Origin: Chiloscyllium plagiosum
Taxonomy: Eukaryota
Direction of reading: 5' to 3'
DNA: 64,000 bases
Assembly: GCF_004010195.1 (NCBI RefSeq)
Contig: NC_057711.1
Span: 139,035,949 to 139,099,948 of the forward strand
The position numbers and the translations under genes are program-made. Below are positions 1 through 13,095 of this stretch, in pieces (the stretch's first letter is position 1; each line of letters opens with the position of its first letter). A model generated the notes under the pieces. It had not been told where the DNA came from. It saw nothing but the letters and a program-made list of their open reading frames with translations, and did not search any database.

Positions 1-245
1 TCAGACCGTGAGCCCCATAGAGTGGTGTACTGTACTGAGAGAGGGCTGCGGGTTTTGCAAGTGCCGTCTTTCACATGAGACATTAAACAAGACCCTATCC
101 ACCTGCCCGATTCTGTTGTTTCGATAACACCTCCCCCAGCGCCCTGGCCAGTATTTATCCTTCAATATCATTGAAACAAATACGTTTCTGTTCCTGCATT
201 TTGCACAACAGCGATTATGTTTCAAAAGTCCTTTCGTCCTGAAGT
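1..245 (+). mobile_element. Deu-domain SINE fragment (SacSINE1/AmnSINE1-like), decayed
   Basis: gtgccgtctttcacatgagacattaaacaagaccc...ccctggccagtatttatccttcaa resembles the Deu core as I recall it. Confidence 0.6.
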
Positions 246-555
246 TGATCAAGATTTGAGTGTTAACTGCAAATTCTCTCTTCTCATGGACATTTCATCA
301 ATGCAGAATCGCTTGTGGGACAAGTACACAAGGTCTTTCTCAATTAATGTAAAATCCACACTGATACCATTAGTCTGTCTGTCTAATGGGATTTAATCCC
401 ACTGGCACCAGAGAAGGACAGGGGATTGTTAATGGAAATGACCTTGTCAAAGTCACCGAATTTATCAATGAACCCAGCACAACTCTGTTACTATGGCGAC
501 TGATGGTATGATTTAGGTTTTAATGACGGAATCTGAATTTGTTTAAATTTTTAAA

Positions 556-765
556 AACCGAAAGAACTGCTGATGCTGGAAAGCAGAAACAAAAACAGAC
601 ATTGCCAGGAAAGCCCATCAGCATCCATGGAGAGAAATCAGGGTTAGCGGTTCGGGTCCAGTCACGGTTCTGTTCTGAAGAAGGTTACTGCACACGAATC
701 GTTAACTCTGCTTTCTGCCCACAGATGCTGACAGACCTGCTGAGATTTTCCAACAATTTCTGATT
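556..765. mobile_element. Penelope-like pLTR fold-back element, family B
   Basis: Two inverted arms (556-670 and 671-765) of aaccgaaagaactgc.gatgctg...cagagttaacgtttcgggtc; decayed hammerhead ctgaagaagg...gaatcgttaactc at 675-708. Confidence 0.7.
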
Positions 766-1794
766 CTTAAGTTTCTGATAGATTAATATTTTGACTTTGA
801 AGTCATGTCTCTCGTAAACATTCTTTGGCATACTGGGAGTAGTGTTTTGAGAAAAAAGCTACCTTACGTTTCTTTATTATTGATTTATTTCCTGCTTCAG
901 AAACCCTGAAATATATTTCCACGCCGTCAAATTCAAAAGCAGGGTCTGCAGTTTAATTTCTGGTGATTACTACTTTTGAAAGATCAAAATGCAAACAATT
1001 AGTCTACAAACAAAAATCAAATATATCGCTGAGATACAATTAAAATGAATAACTTTCTTCATACTTTTAATTCTAGTTCACTCTATCACTGAGGAAGAGT
1101 GGTGTCGAAAGATTGTGACGAAGTTTGCAAGCTTTGAGTCATGACAGTTTTGCTAAATACCCTTTTAGTCCAAATAAAAAAAACATTCAGAATTGTGTGC
1201 AAAAATATGTAAATTTAGAATCCCTATCTGATTAATGACCAGAAATAGAAAATAAAGATTACGTTAAAATAAACTTCACTTAACAATTCAATTGACAAGT
1301 CACCAGACAAAGCAATCCTATAACTTTATCTGGGAAGTTGTCCCCTGGTATTTAATCTGTTTGTATGTGTTTTCTTTCCCCTGAGCACTTCCATGCTGCT
1401 GCTTGAGTTGTTAATATATCTGTATTCCATTATTTGTTCCATGTTCCGCTAGTTAATTGATAAACGTAACCTTCGCTATTTTGAACTGCAAATGTGCGTG
1501 GGAACTCACAATCTGGACAAGTTCTACCTGCCTCCCACTACTAGGTCAGAAATAAGTCCGGGACATGCAGATGTTTGTTTTGCTTTTAAACAATTCATGT
1601 TCAATCCAAGGTCTTTTGGATTCAGTCCATTCTTTTCTGGCAAATATTTAATAAGACTCAAAGCTGAATCAATAGATTCTGTGTTTAATGTATTCTCTGT
1701 ACACCTGGTTAGTTTGGTGACAAGTCTTTCACACTCAGTCTCCCTTATTTACTTGGGTCATGGGCATCCATCATTGGCTTTATTGAATTAATCT

Positions 1795-2235
1795 GTTTGA
1801 GCTATATGGAGAGGCTGAATAGGCTGGGACTATTTTCCCTGGAGTGTCAGACACTGAGGGGTGACCTTATAGAGGTTTATAAAATCATGAGGGTCATGGA
1901 TAGGGTGAATAGACAAGGTTTTTTCCACAGAGTGGGGGAGTACAAAACCAGAGGGCACAAGGTTAAGATGAGAGGTCCCTTTTAAATCTTTCTCCTAAGT
2001 GGCAACTTTTTCACGCTGAGGGTGGTGTGTGTATAGATGAGATGCCAGAGGAAGTGATGGAGGCTGGTACAATTACAACACTTAAAAGGCATTTGGTTGG
2101 GTATATGAATAGGAAGGGTTTAGAGGGATTGTGGGCCAAATACTGGCAAATGGGACTAGATTTAGGATATCTGGTCAGCCTGGACAAGTTGGACTGAAGG
2201 GTCTATTTCCCTGCTGTACATCTCTATGGTTCTGT
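1795..2235 (+). mobile_element. CR1/HER1 LINE 3' fragment
   Basis: SYMERLNRLGLFSLE..LRGDLIEVYKIM is the CR1 ORF2 C-terminus; ends in the typical ctctatg tail. Confidence 0.9.
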
Positions 2236-2714
2236 GGCCTGAGGGGCTGGTCAGATTGGAATTTAATTTATTCCTGCTAGGATTATATTTGCTCACTCTT
2301 GTTTTCTTGATCTTGCACAATAATGCACTAAATTAATTCAGGTATTGTTTAATATTTGTTAAGCATGGAATGGTTACAACACAGAAGAGGCCATTATATT
2401 TTTGATAGCGCTCTGCATGAGCTACTCACCTTTGTGTATAGCCCTTGAAATATTTCTCTACAAATAAATATCCAATTCTCTTTTTAAGGCTATAATTGAA
2501 GTTGCCTGTTCCAAACTCTCAAGCAATCCATTCCAGATTCTAAATCACTCCAAACATAAAATACCTAATTTTTCTAATCTTTTCAGTCACTTCTTTATCC
2601 AAACATATTGTATCTATGTCCTCTGCCTCTGGTCCTTCCATTCCAATGGCATCAATTTCTCACTACCTATTCTCTCCAGACACCTCATGGTTTTGAACAT
2701 CTTTATCAACCTTC

Positions 2715-3460
2715 CTAGAGTCATAGAGCCTTAACAGAAATAGCACAGAGACATTTCAACTTGTCTGCACCAACCAGATATCTAAAATTAATCTCGTCCC
2801 ATTTGCCAGCATTTGGCCCGTATCCCTCCAAACCCTTCCAGTTCATTTACCCAGTTAGAAATCACACAACACCAGGCGATAGTCCAATGGGTTTATTTGA
2901 AAGGACTAACTTTCAGACCATAGCTCCTTCATCAGGTAACTAGTTACCAGATGAAGAAGCGGTGCTCTGGGAAGCTTGTACTTTCAAATAAACTTGTTAG
3001 ACTATAATCTGATGTTGTGTGATTTTTAACATTGTACACCCAGTCCAACACCAGCACCTCCACTTCATATACCCACCCAGATGCCTTTTAAATGTTGTAA
3101 TTGAACCAGCCTCCTCTGGCAGCTTGTTCCACAGACACACCACCTTCTGCATAATAACATTGTCCCTCAGGTCCCTTTTAAATCTTTCTCCTCTCACCTT
3201 AAACCTGTGACCTCTAGTTTTCGACTCCCGTGCTCTAAGGAAAAGACTTTGGCTATTCACCCCACCCATGCCCCTCATGATTTTAGAAACCTCTCAAGAT
3301 CACCCCTCAGCCTCCGATGCTCCAGGGGAAATAGTCCTAGCCTATTCAACCTCTCCCTGAAGCTAAAACCCTCCAACCCTAGCCATATCCTTGCAAATCT
3401 TTCAGGTTTTACAACATCTTTCCTATAGCACAGAGTTCAGAATTGAATGCAGTATTCCAA
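2715..3460 (-). mobile_element. CR1 3' fragment, interrupted by a Penelope fold-back
   Basis: Minus-strand RGHRFKVRGERFKRDLR...WNKLPEE; interrupted at 2854-3063. Confidence 0.85.
2854..3063. mobile_element. Penelope-like pLTR fold-back element, family C
   Basis: Inverted arms meet at the perfect palindrome ggtaactagttacc (2935-2948); TSD ttcatttaccca (2842-2853) / ttcatataccca (3064-3075). Confidence 0.8.
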
Positions 3461-3919
3461 AAGTGTCCTTGATTAGTAAGGGAATCAAAAGTTATGGGAA
3501 TTCTGCTCCTATATCTTATAGTCTTATATCTTATGGTTTTGACAGGACACCTAACTACATATTGGAACGTTACATATTGTTGTTGGCCCAGTATAATGGC
3601 TTAATGTCTTAGGCTGGGACATCTGGCCTTCTCCTCATGGGAAAGGAACCATTTGCTCAGGGCCTAGCATTGTTCACACAGAAATGTTAGCGTTTCACTC
3701 TCCTGTGTGATTTTATTTGTGTCTCTAAGACAATAAGCATTTCTTTTTGCCTCTTCTCTCCTATTTGTGCTTTGTTTGTTCTGCCAACATGTCTGACTCC
3801 AAACAACCTTGATAGACTGAATTAATTTATCTTATCTTTCCTACACTGCATTACTTGCTTCAAATACTGCCTAAGATTTAATAAACTTTTACTTTAACTG
3901 ATTTGTTTCCCTTTCAATG

Positions 3920-4930
3920 TCAACTGCATCAAACACATTACCCTCACCCTTTCTGTTACCTCATCTGAAAGGCAATGCAAGTTACTTAAGTGTGATTTCA
4001 TTCACAAATCTGGGTAGACTTGCCTTGATTAATCCATATTGTTCACATGACTTAGCCATGTCTTAAATGATCATTTCTGAAAACTTCCCACCATTGAAGT
4101 TAAACTCACTGGTCTATAGTTGCTGAGCTTATCCTCACATTTTTTTGAATAAATGTGCAACATTTGCAATTCTCCAGTCCTTTGGCATCATCCAATATCT
4201 AAGGAGGTTGGAAAATTAAGGCTGTAGCTTTGCCATTTCCTCCCTAGTTTCCCTCAATTTCCTTGGCTGTATCTCATCTATCATCATGACTTATCAACTG
4301 TAAGTACAGTCAGCCTTTCTAGTGCCTATTCTCTAGCAATTTTAACTTATCGTGTGTTTCAATTGCCTTCTGTTTCATAATGACCTGAGCAGCATTTCCC
4401 TCTGTAAAGTAGATGGAAAATATTTATTAAATACCTGACTCTATGCACAGCTCACCATTGTGGTTCCTAATCTGCCTTGTTCCTCCTCTTACCACCTTTT
4501 CGCTACCTTTATTACTCTAACTGGCTTCTGTGTCAGTCCCTTCTCATATTCTCTAATTATTTCTCTTAATTGTTTCTTCACTTTCTCTCTGAACCTGTAA
4601 TATTCAGCCTATATTCTCAATGGAATTATCCACCTGACATCTCTCATGCACAACCTTTCTGACCCTCTATCTCTTTCATCAATCAAGGAGCTGTGCATTG
4701 ATTGCCTCATCTTTTTCTCTCATGGAAATGTACCTCAAATGTTCATCAACTATCTCTTCTTCAAAGGGAGCTCATTATTTCATGATAATTTTATCTACTA
4801 ATCCGTGTTTCTAATTTCCTTAGGCCATATCAGTCCACACAACAGTCAACTTGGTCTTCCCTTCTGGACTTTTACTTGCTATTTCCAAAGATTTAGGAGA
4901 TTATGATCACTGTCTTCTAAATGCCACCCA
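3920..4930 (-). mobile_element. Old decayed CR1 ORF2 remnant
   Basis: Reverse complement resembles CR1 RT-proximal motifs (NYRPVSLTS: aaactcactggtctatagtt); many stop codons. Confidence 0.55.
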
Positions 4931-5019
4931 ACTGACAACTGACTTATTTTCTCATTTCCCTCTCCCTCACACTCCCTTTTCCTTAATGCAATGAAACTTT
5001 AATGTGAAGAGTATTGCAC

Positions 5020-5690
5020 CCTGTAGATGGTGTACACTATGTTTCAGTGATCGAAGGAATGGTCATTGAAGGTGTTAGATGGGGTGATACTCAAGTAGGC
5101 TGTTTGTTAGTTTTGAGCTTCTTGGGCATTGATAGAGGTGCACTTATCCAGGCAACTGAAATGACACTTCTCACTTTTGCCTTGTAGATGGACAGGCTAT
5201 GATGAATCAGAAAGTGAGTTATTTTCCACAGAATTCACAGCCTCAGTCCTGTTCTTGAAGCCACAGTACTAGTCCTGTTCAGTTTCTGGTCAATGGTAGC
5301 CCCCAGGACATTTATAGGAGGGATTCAATGATGGTAATGCTATTGAAGGTCAAGGTGCAGTTATTGGATTATATTTTGTTGGAGGTGGTCACTGCCTGGC
5401 ACTTATGTGGTGCACTTGCCCTTTTCAGCCCATGCCTGGATGTTGTCTAAGTCTTGCTGCATTTGGACATAGACTGCTACAGTATCTAAGGAGTTATAAA
5501 TGGTGCTGAATGTCGTACAATCATCAGCAAACATCCGCACTTCTAATTTTGTGATGGGGGAATGTCATTGATGCAGTCGCTGAAGTCAGTTGGGCCTAGG
5601 ACTCTCCCTTGAGGAACTACTGCAGTAATGTCCTGTGGCTGAGATGATTGAGTTCCAACAAGCACAACCATCTTGCTTTGTGCTGGGTAA
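5020..5690 (-). mobile_element. Non-CR1 LINE RT fragment (RTE-X-like; clade uncertain)
   Basis: QSSQPQDITAVVPQGRVLGPT.FS.CIND RT motif on the minus strand; same family as 12790, 16045, 28490, 44290 and 61648. Confidence 0.75.
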
Positions 5691-5741
5691 ACTTTCTTCA
5701 GCAAAGTCTTTACAGTACAGTCTGTCCATGTGATTCTAACA

Positions 5742-8245
5742 GGACAAGGTAGGACTAATAAATTGAACTGCATTTACTTCATTGCAAGGGGCTCAACAGG
5801 GAACGCAGATGAACTCAGGGCATGGTTAGGAACATGGGACTGGGATACAATAGCAATTACGGAAACATGGCTCAGGGATGGCAGGACTAGCAGCTTAATG
5901 TTCCAGGATACAAATGGAGGCAAAAGAGGAGGGGGATTTTGATAAGGGATAGTATTATAGCTGTGCTGAGGGAGGATATTCCCGGAAATACATCCAGGGA
6001 AGTTATTTGGGTGAACTGAGAAATAAGGAAGGGATGATCACCTTATTGGGATTGTATTATACCCCCCAATAGTCAGAGGGAAATTGAGAAACAAATTTGT
6101 AAGGAGATCTCAGCTATCTGTAAGAATAATAGGGTGGTTATGGTGGGGGATTTTAACTTTCTAAACATAGACTGGGACTGCCATAGTGTTAAGGGTTTAG
6201 ATGGAGAGGAATTTGTTGAGTGTGTACAAGAATATTTTCTGATTCAATATATGGATGTACCTACTAGAGAAGGTGCAAAACTTGACCTACTCTTGGGAAA
6301 TAAGGCAGGGCAGGTGACTGAGGTGTCAATGGGGGAGCACTTAACTCCCTCATAATTCTATTAGATTTAACGTGGTGATGGAAAAGTATAGGCCAGATAT
6401 AAAAGTTGATGTTCTAAATTGGAGAAAGGCCAACTTTGACCGGATGAGGCAAGGACTTTCAAAAGCTGACTGGGGGCAGGTGTTTGCCGGTAAAGGGACG
6501 GCTGGAAAATGGGAAGACTTCAGAAATGAGATAACGAGAACCCAGAGAAAGTATATTCCTGTCAGGGTGAAAGGGAAGGCTGATAGGTATAGGGAATGTT
6601 GGATGACTAAAGAAATTGAGGGTTTGGTTAAGAAAAAGAAGGAAGCATATGTTAGGTTTAGACAGGATACATCGAGTGAATCCTTAGAAGAGTATAAAGG
6701 AAGTAGGAGTATACTTACGAGGGAAATCAGGAGGGCAAAAACGGACATTAGATAGCTTTAGCAAATAGAATTAAGGAGAATGCAAAGAGTTTTTACAAAT
6801 ACATTAAGGATAAAAGGGTAACTAGGGAGAGAATAGGGCCCCTCAAAGATCAGCAAGGCGGCCTTTGTGTGGAGCCGCAGAAAATGGGGGAGATACTAAA
6901 CGAGTATTTTGCATCAGTATTTACTGTGGAAAAGGACATGTAAGATATAGAATGTAGGGAATTAGATGGTGACACCTTGAAAAATGTCTATATTACAGAG
7001 GAGGAAGTGCTGGATGTCTTTGAATGCATAAAGGTGGATAAATCCCCAGGACCTGATTAGGTGTACCCTAGAGCCCTGTGGGAAGCTACGGAAGTGATTG
7101 CTGGGCCTCTTGCTGAGATATTTGTATCATCGATAGTCACAGGTGAAGTGCTGGAGGAGTGGATGTTGGATAACATGGTGCCACTGTTTAAGAAGGGTGA
7201 TAAGGACAAGCCAGGGAACTATAGACCAGTGAGCCTGACGTCGGTGGTGAACAAGTTGTTGGAGGGAATCCTGAGCGACAGGATGTACATGTATTTGGAA
7301 AGGCAAGGACTGATTAGGGATAGTAAACATGGCTTTGTGTGAGGGAAATCATGTCTCACAAACTTCATTGAGTTTTTTGAAGAATTAATAAAGAAGATTG
7401 ATGAGGGCATAGCAGTAGATGTGATCTATATGGACTTCAGTAAGGCGTTAGACAAGGTACCCCATGGGAGACTGATTAGCAAGGTTAGATCTCACGGAAT
7501 TCAAGGAGAACTAGTCATTTGGGTACAGAACTGGCTCAAAGGAGAAGACAGAAGGTCATGGTGGAGGGTTGTTTTTCATAATGGAGGCCTGTGACCAGTG
7601 GAGTGCCACAAGGATCAGTGCTGGGTCCTCTACTTTTTGTCATTTATTTAAATGATTTGGATGCAAGCATAAGAGGTATAGTTAGTAAGTTTGCACCAAA
7701 ATTGGAGGTGTGGTTGACAGCAAAGAAGGTTACCTCAGATTACAACAGGATCTTGACCAAATGGGCCAATGGCCTGAGAAGTGGCAGATGGAGTTTAATT
7801 TAGATAAATGCGAGGTGCTGCATTTTGGGAAAGCAAATCTTAGCAGAACTTATACACTGGTAAGGTCCTAGGGAGTGTTGCTGAACAAAGAGACCTGGGA
7901 ATACAGATTCATAGCTCCTTGAAAGTGGAGTTGCAGGTAGATAGGATAGTGAAGAAGACATTTGGTATGCTTTCCTTTATTGGTCAGAGTATTGAGTACA
8001 GGTGTTTGGAGGTCATGTAGTGGCTGTACAGGTCATTGGTTAGGCCACTGTTGGAATATTGCATGCAATTCTGGTCTGGGGCTGTTTTCCCTGGAGCGCG
8101 GAGGCTGAGGGGTGACCTTATAGAGGTTTACAAAATTATTGCTGGCAGGTGGGACTAGATTGGGTTGGGATATCTGGTCGGTATGGACGGGTTGGACCGA
8201 AGGGTCTGTTTCCATGCTGTACATCTCTATGACTTTATGACTCTA
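5742..8245 (+). mobile_element. Long CR1/HER1 LINE: ORF2 (APE endonuclease + RT) pseudogene with two 3' deletions
   Basis: DTIAITETWL, VMVGDFNF, LDLLLGN, GNYRPVSLTSVV and [21 protein letters not shown] motifs; frameshifts and stops; ctctatgactttatgactct tail. Confidence 0.95.
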
Positions 8246-8609
8246 AGAAGATGTCAAGTGTCAGAGCACATTTATATGCATCAAATATTGAATTTCCCTC
8301 AGCTTTTTTTAAGCTATGTTGTGTGGCCTAATATGATCTCTGTTCAAATAATCACGCATTGCATCCTTAATAATTCACTTGAGCATTTTCTTTACAATTG
8401 GCATTAGTCTCATTGATAATAAGAGAGGGGTGATGTTAGCTTCCATCTAAAGGAGGTTTTGGTAGTTAGCCATGTTGTCTATCCAGATCTCAATGTGGTT
8501 CCTATCACTAATTCCACTTTGGAATGTTTGCCAAAGATGCTCACTACTCCAAGATTATTCTTAAATGATAAGTAATTCCCTGTTTCTTTTCTCTGCTGTA
8601 AATAGTGTT

Positions 8610-8866
8610 CTGGGCGACTGTTTGTGTGGAATTTGCACATTATCCCCGTGTCTGCGTGGGTTTCCTCCGGGTGCTCCGGTTCCCTTCCACAGTCCAAAGA
8701 TGTGCAGGCCTGGTGAATTGGCCATGCTAAATTGCCCGTAGTGTTGGGTGCATTAGCCAGAGGGAAATGGGTCTGGGTGGTTTACTGTCCGGAGGGTCAG
8801 TGTGGACTGATTGAGCCGAAGGGCCTGTTTCCACACTGTAGGGAATTTAATCTAATCTAATCTAAT
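8610..8866 (+). mobile_element. HE1-type V-SINE, 5' truncated
   Basis: V-domain ccccgtgtctgcgtgggtttcctccgggtgctccgg; (aatct)n tail. Confidence 0.9.
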
Positions 8867-9334
8867 CATGAACCTCTCTCCCCTTTCTCCACTGTTCTCA
8901 TTTCCAACAAAAAGTGTAGGGAACTGATGTATGTCTTTGTCACCAACTGAAACCATTTTGATTAGCTGCCCCTCATTTCCTCTAGCTTGCATACTGCACA
9001 ACACTTCGAAATTGACTGGATCAGTAAACAAAGGTGTGAATAAAGCATATGAGGTCCTGGGCTTTACATATCAAGTGATAAAAGCCAGGATGTTTTGCTC
9101 AAGCTACCTAAAATGCAACTTTGGCACAAATCACAATATTGCAGCTAATTCTAAATATCACATCTTAGGAAGATTTGGAGTGGGTTCAGAAGAGCTTTAC
9201 TAGAATGGCTCTAAGGGTTCAATAGATAAACCTGGAAAGCAGAAATAGCTGAAAGGCAATTTGATTGAGGTTGTGAAATCATGAAGGGTTAAGACAGAAT
9301 AAATATAGAGAAAATATTTCCAATAACTGAAGGG

Positions 9335-9545
9335 TCAAAAACCAGGGCACAGATTTATCATAGTCAAAAAGTGTGGTGCTGGAAAAGCACAGCCGGTCAG
9401 GCAGCATCGACGAGCAGGAGAGTCGACATTTTGAGCATATCAAAAACCAGGGCACAGATTTATCATAGTCAAAAAGTGTGGTGCTGGAAAAGCACAGCCG
9501 GTCAGGCAGCATCCGACGAGCAGGAGAGTCGACATTTTGAGCATA
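9335..9545 (+). repeat. Tandem duplication, 2 x ~105 bp
   Basis: 9335-9439 and 9440-9545 are identical apart from one extra C. Confidence 0.95.
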
Positions 9546-9687
9546 ACATCACATCACATTCCTGATGAAAAGCTTATGTTCGAAACGTCAACTCTCCTGC
9601 TTCTCGGATGCTGCCTGACCGGCTGTGCTTTTCCAGCACCACACATTTTGACTCTGACTCTCCAGCATCTGCAGTCCTCACTTTCTC
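9363..9687. mobile_element. Penelope-like pLTR fold-back element, family A, with a duplicated left junction
   Basis: Inverted arms; TSD cacagatttatcata at 9348-9362 (again at 9453-9467) and 9688-9702; hammerhead-like ctgatgaaaagcttatgttcgaaacgtc at 9562-9589. Confidence 0.85.
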
Positions 9688-10711
9688 CACAGATTTATCA
9701 TAATTGGTAAATGAATCAGAGGGGGAGTGAGAGTACTTATGCAATGAGTGGTTACATAGGGAATTGGAATACACAACCTCTGAAGGTGATGGAAACAGAT
9801 TCAATGGATTAAGTTTAGTAGGAGCCTTCAAAGGGAATTGGATAAATTCCTGAAAAAGAAAAATAATACAAGGAACCAGGGAAAGAGTAGGAGAGTGAGA
9901 CTAACTGCATTATTCTTTAAAGGAGCCAGTGTACACTTAATGTGCGATGTACCAAAGCAGTCAAAAAATAAAGTGGATCCAGACCAAAACAAAACTTTAT
10001 GGAGGGAGTGGTCATAGCTGAGATACTAAATGAGTACTTTGCACCTGTCTTCACTAAAGACCACAGTGGATCAAAGTCTCATTAAAGGAGGAGGTATCTG
10101 AGAAATTGGATGAGATAAAAATTGATAAAGAGAAGGCACAAAAAAACCCAGTATGGTACAAAGTGCAAAAGGCATACAGTCTGGCTTAGGTTTTCGGTTG
10201 CTAAGAGCAATAAAGGTGAAAGTTGTAAAGGCTTTGGTGTCAATCTTCCAAACTTCCGTAAATATAGAGCTCCGTTTGAGACTGGAGGATTGCAAATGCT
10301 ACTATCACATTTGTAAAAAGGGAGAGGCATAAACTCAACAATTAATGTTGATGGTGGAGAAATTTACTTAGAAAGAAAGACTTATTTGGGGCAAAATTAA
10401 TTGGATCTTGAAAAAAAATGGGTGAATAAATAAAAATCGGCACAGGTTTGTTAGAAGCATGTTGTGCTTGTCCAATGTGATTGTGTTCTTGGAAGTAATG
10501 GTGAGGGTAGGAAATTGTACATGGATTTTCAGAAAATATTAATAAAATGTTACATAATAGCCTTATTCACTGCACTGAAGCCTGTGGGATTAAAGGTACA
10601 TCTGTTGTTTTCATGGGAGAAGCTATACAAAGTCTACCAGAAATACTAGGGAACTAAAAGACTGAGAACCTAGAAGATATTAGAATCAGTAAAGAAAAGT
10701 TGCTGGATTGA

Positions 10712-10938
10712 GTCATGATTTGGAGATGCTGGTGTTGGACTGGGGTGGACAAAGTTAAAAATCACACAACACCAGGTTATAGTCTAACAGGTTTAATTGG
10801 AAGCACTAGCTTTCGGAGCACTGTTCCTTCTTCAGGTGGTGGACTCCACAACCACCTGATGAAGGAGCAACACTCCAAAAGCTAGTGCTTCCAATTAAAC
10901 CTGTTAGATTATAACCTGGTGTTGTGTGATTTTTAACT
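10712..10938. mobile_element. Penelope-like pLTR fold-back element, family C
   Basis: Near-perfect inverted arms centred at ~10845; 12-bp TSD ttgctggattga (10700-10711 / 10939-10950). Confidence 0.9.
10804..10838 (-). ncRNA. Minimal type I hammerhead ribozyme motif
   Basis: Minus strand reads CAC-CUGAAGA-A-GGAAC-AGU-GCUCC-GAAA-GC-UA-GUG: intact core, 3-bp stem I, palindromic AGCU stem III, one mismatch in stem II. Confidence 0.6.
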
Positions 10939-12789
10939 TTGCTGGATTGACGGCTGATAGATCTCCTGGACCAGAAGTCCTTCATCCTCAATGGTTAAAG
11001 GAAGCAGCTATATAGATAATGGGTGCATGGTGGTTATCTTACATAATGCTATGGATTCGGTAAAGATTCCAGTAGACTGCAAGATATCAAATTATCTTAG
11101 AAGTTAGGATAAGGGTGAGTCACGACCGTGAATCTGTTAGCTTGATTTCAATAGTAGGGACAATGTTGGAATCTATTCAAAAGGATATGATAACTGAACT
11201 TCTTCTTAATGGCAAAATTGTGCATGGATCAAAAGAAAATCATTTTTGGAAGAAGTTATTTGCAGCACAGACAGGAGAACCAGTGAGTAAGGTCTTTTTG
11301 GATTTTCAAAAGTCTTTTGATAAGGAAAATAAAGTTTGAGCACATGAGACTCAAATAAGTACATTTATCTGAGTGGTCTCCTTATTGAAGGAGGAATATA
11401 CTTGCATAAAGGACATTCAATGGATGTTTACCAGATATAATCCCTGGAATGATGGGATTTCCCAAGAACGAGAGAGTGAGGAAACTGGGTCTGAATTTAC
11501 TATAATTCAAAAGGATGAGAGGGATCAAATTGAAACTTCTTAAATTCTTACAGGGCATATTAGACTGAATATTGATGTTTTCCTTGGCTGGAGACTCTGG
11601 GACCCGGGCACATAATCTCAGGCTATGCAGCAAGCTATTTAAGACTGAGATGAAGAAGAATTTCTTCACTGAGGAAGGGATGAGTCATTAGAATGCTCTA
11701 CACTAGTGAGCTTGGAAGCTCAATTATTGAATAGGTTTAAGGCAACAGTCAATAGCTTTCTGGAGATTAGGTCATTAAGAGATATGGAGGTAATCCAGTA
11801 AGGAGGCATGGAGGAAGTGATCAGTCATGAACAAGTTGAATGTTTGGGGAGTCTCCATTGGTCCAGTGGATTACTCCAGTATTCCCACATGTAATTGGCT
11901 GAGGGACGGAAGGCAAGGAGTATGGTGAATGGTTGTCTTTAGACAGGAGTGCATTGGTGTTCTCCAGGAATTCTTTCAGGTATTGGAACTTTGCTCTTTT
12001 TGATGCATATTCACAGCTTGGATTTGGGAATACAAATAAAATGTCAAACTTTGCAACATTTGTAAAACTTGGAAATGAAGCAATCCATGATGACATTAGC
12101 AGAGGAGGACATAGACTGGCAAAATCAGCAGGCATACAGCAGATGAAAGTTAATGCAAAGAAATGTGAAGTGATTTATGTTGGCAAGAACAATGCAGTGA
12201 GGAAATAGAAATAGAAATACTATGATACAATTTTATAGCAAGAAGTACATCTAATTTCCCTTCATATTGTAATTCCCCGTGATTCTCCTGTTAACTCCAA
12301 CTTTATCACATGCTTCCTTTTTAAGTTTGATCTGTTTATTCATAGAACTCAATTCTTCGATGTACCTGCTGTTTTCCTCATACATTTATTTTGTGCTTTG
12401 TGCATCTTGCTAATTAAAGATTTCATCTAGATATTTACTTTCATCCCAGTTAATTTATGACAGATCTCCCACTTTCCAGTCAAGTATTCTTATCTTAAAT
12501 CCTCCATTATCCACTTTTTAAAAATTTTTATATTGAGCAAGTAGTCATTTTCTGAATTGTTCTTATTCTTTCAGATCTGTTTAATTGGCCCGCTTTATTT
12601 TGCGGAACTAAACCAAATGATGTGACTTCCTTTGTTAGGTTATACAAATTAAGACTTTCACTAAAAGGCTTTTCATGATTTCAGGATATTGCAAACCACT
12701 TTATGGAAAACAAAGTGCTGTAATGTAGGAATTGTGACAACATTAATTTTCCCATTGACTTCAGGTTTGCTAGGGATCCTTGCTGTAAT

Positions 12790-13095
12790 ACCTGGTCTAC
12801 TGTTGCCTTGACAACAAGAGCAGTCACTCTCACCTCCCTCTGGAATTCAACTCTTGTGTCCATGTTTGGTCCAAGCCTGTAATAAGATTAGGAGCTACAT
12901 GGTTCTGACAGAATGCAAACTGAGGTTCAGAGAGCAGGTTATTGCCTGACAGCATTATTAACAATCCTTCCATCATCTTGCTGATGATCAAAAATAGACA
13001 GATAGAGCAGTAATTGGCCAGGTTGGATTTGTCCTGCCTTTGGTGGACAGGACATACCTGGATAATTTTCCACATTGCTGGATAAATGGTGGTAT
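12790..13095 (-). mobile_element. RTE-X-like LINE fragment
   Basis: WKIIQVCPVHQRQDKSNLANYCSICLFLIISKMMEG is a decayed RT N-terminal motif. Confidence 0.7.

Larger units (their letters stand above)
8940..12240 (+). mobile_element. Patchwork of old CR1 fragments
   Basis: Decayed CR1 RT and 3' motifs throughout (LNEYFAPVFT, YMDFQK, NAKKCEVIYVG); hosts two Penelope insertions. Confidence 0.65.

Noticed and set aside
5742-8245. Active autonomous LINE or domesticated reverse transcriptase
   Set aside because: Multiple stops, frameshifts and deletions; no ORF1.
9335-9690. Repeated units resembling a CRISPR array, or a repeat protein (ORF 9279-9512)
   Set aside because: Only two tandem copies with no unique spacers, no cas genes and a vertebrate context; explained by a duplicated Penelope junction.
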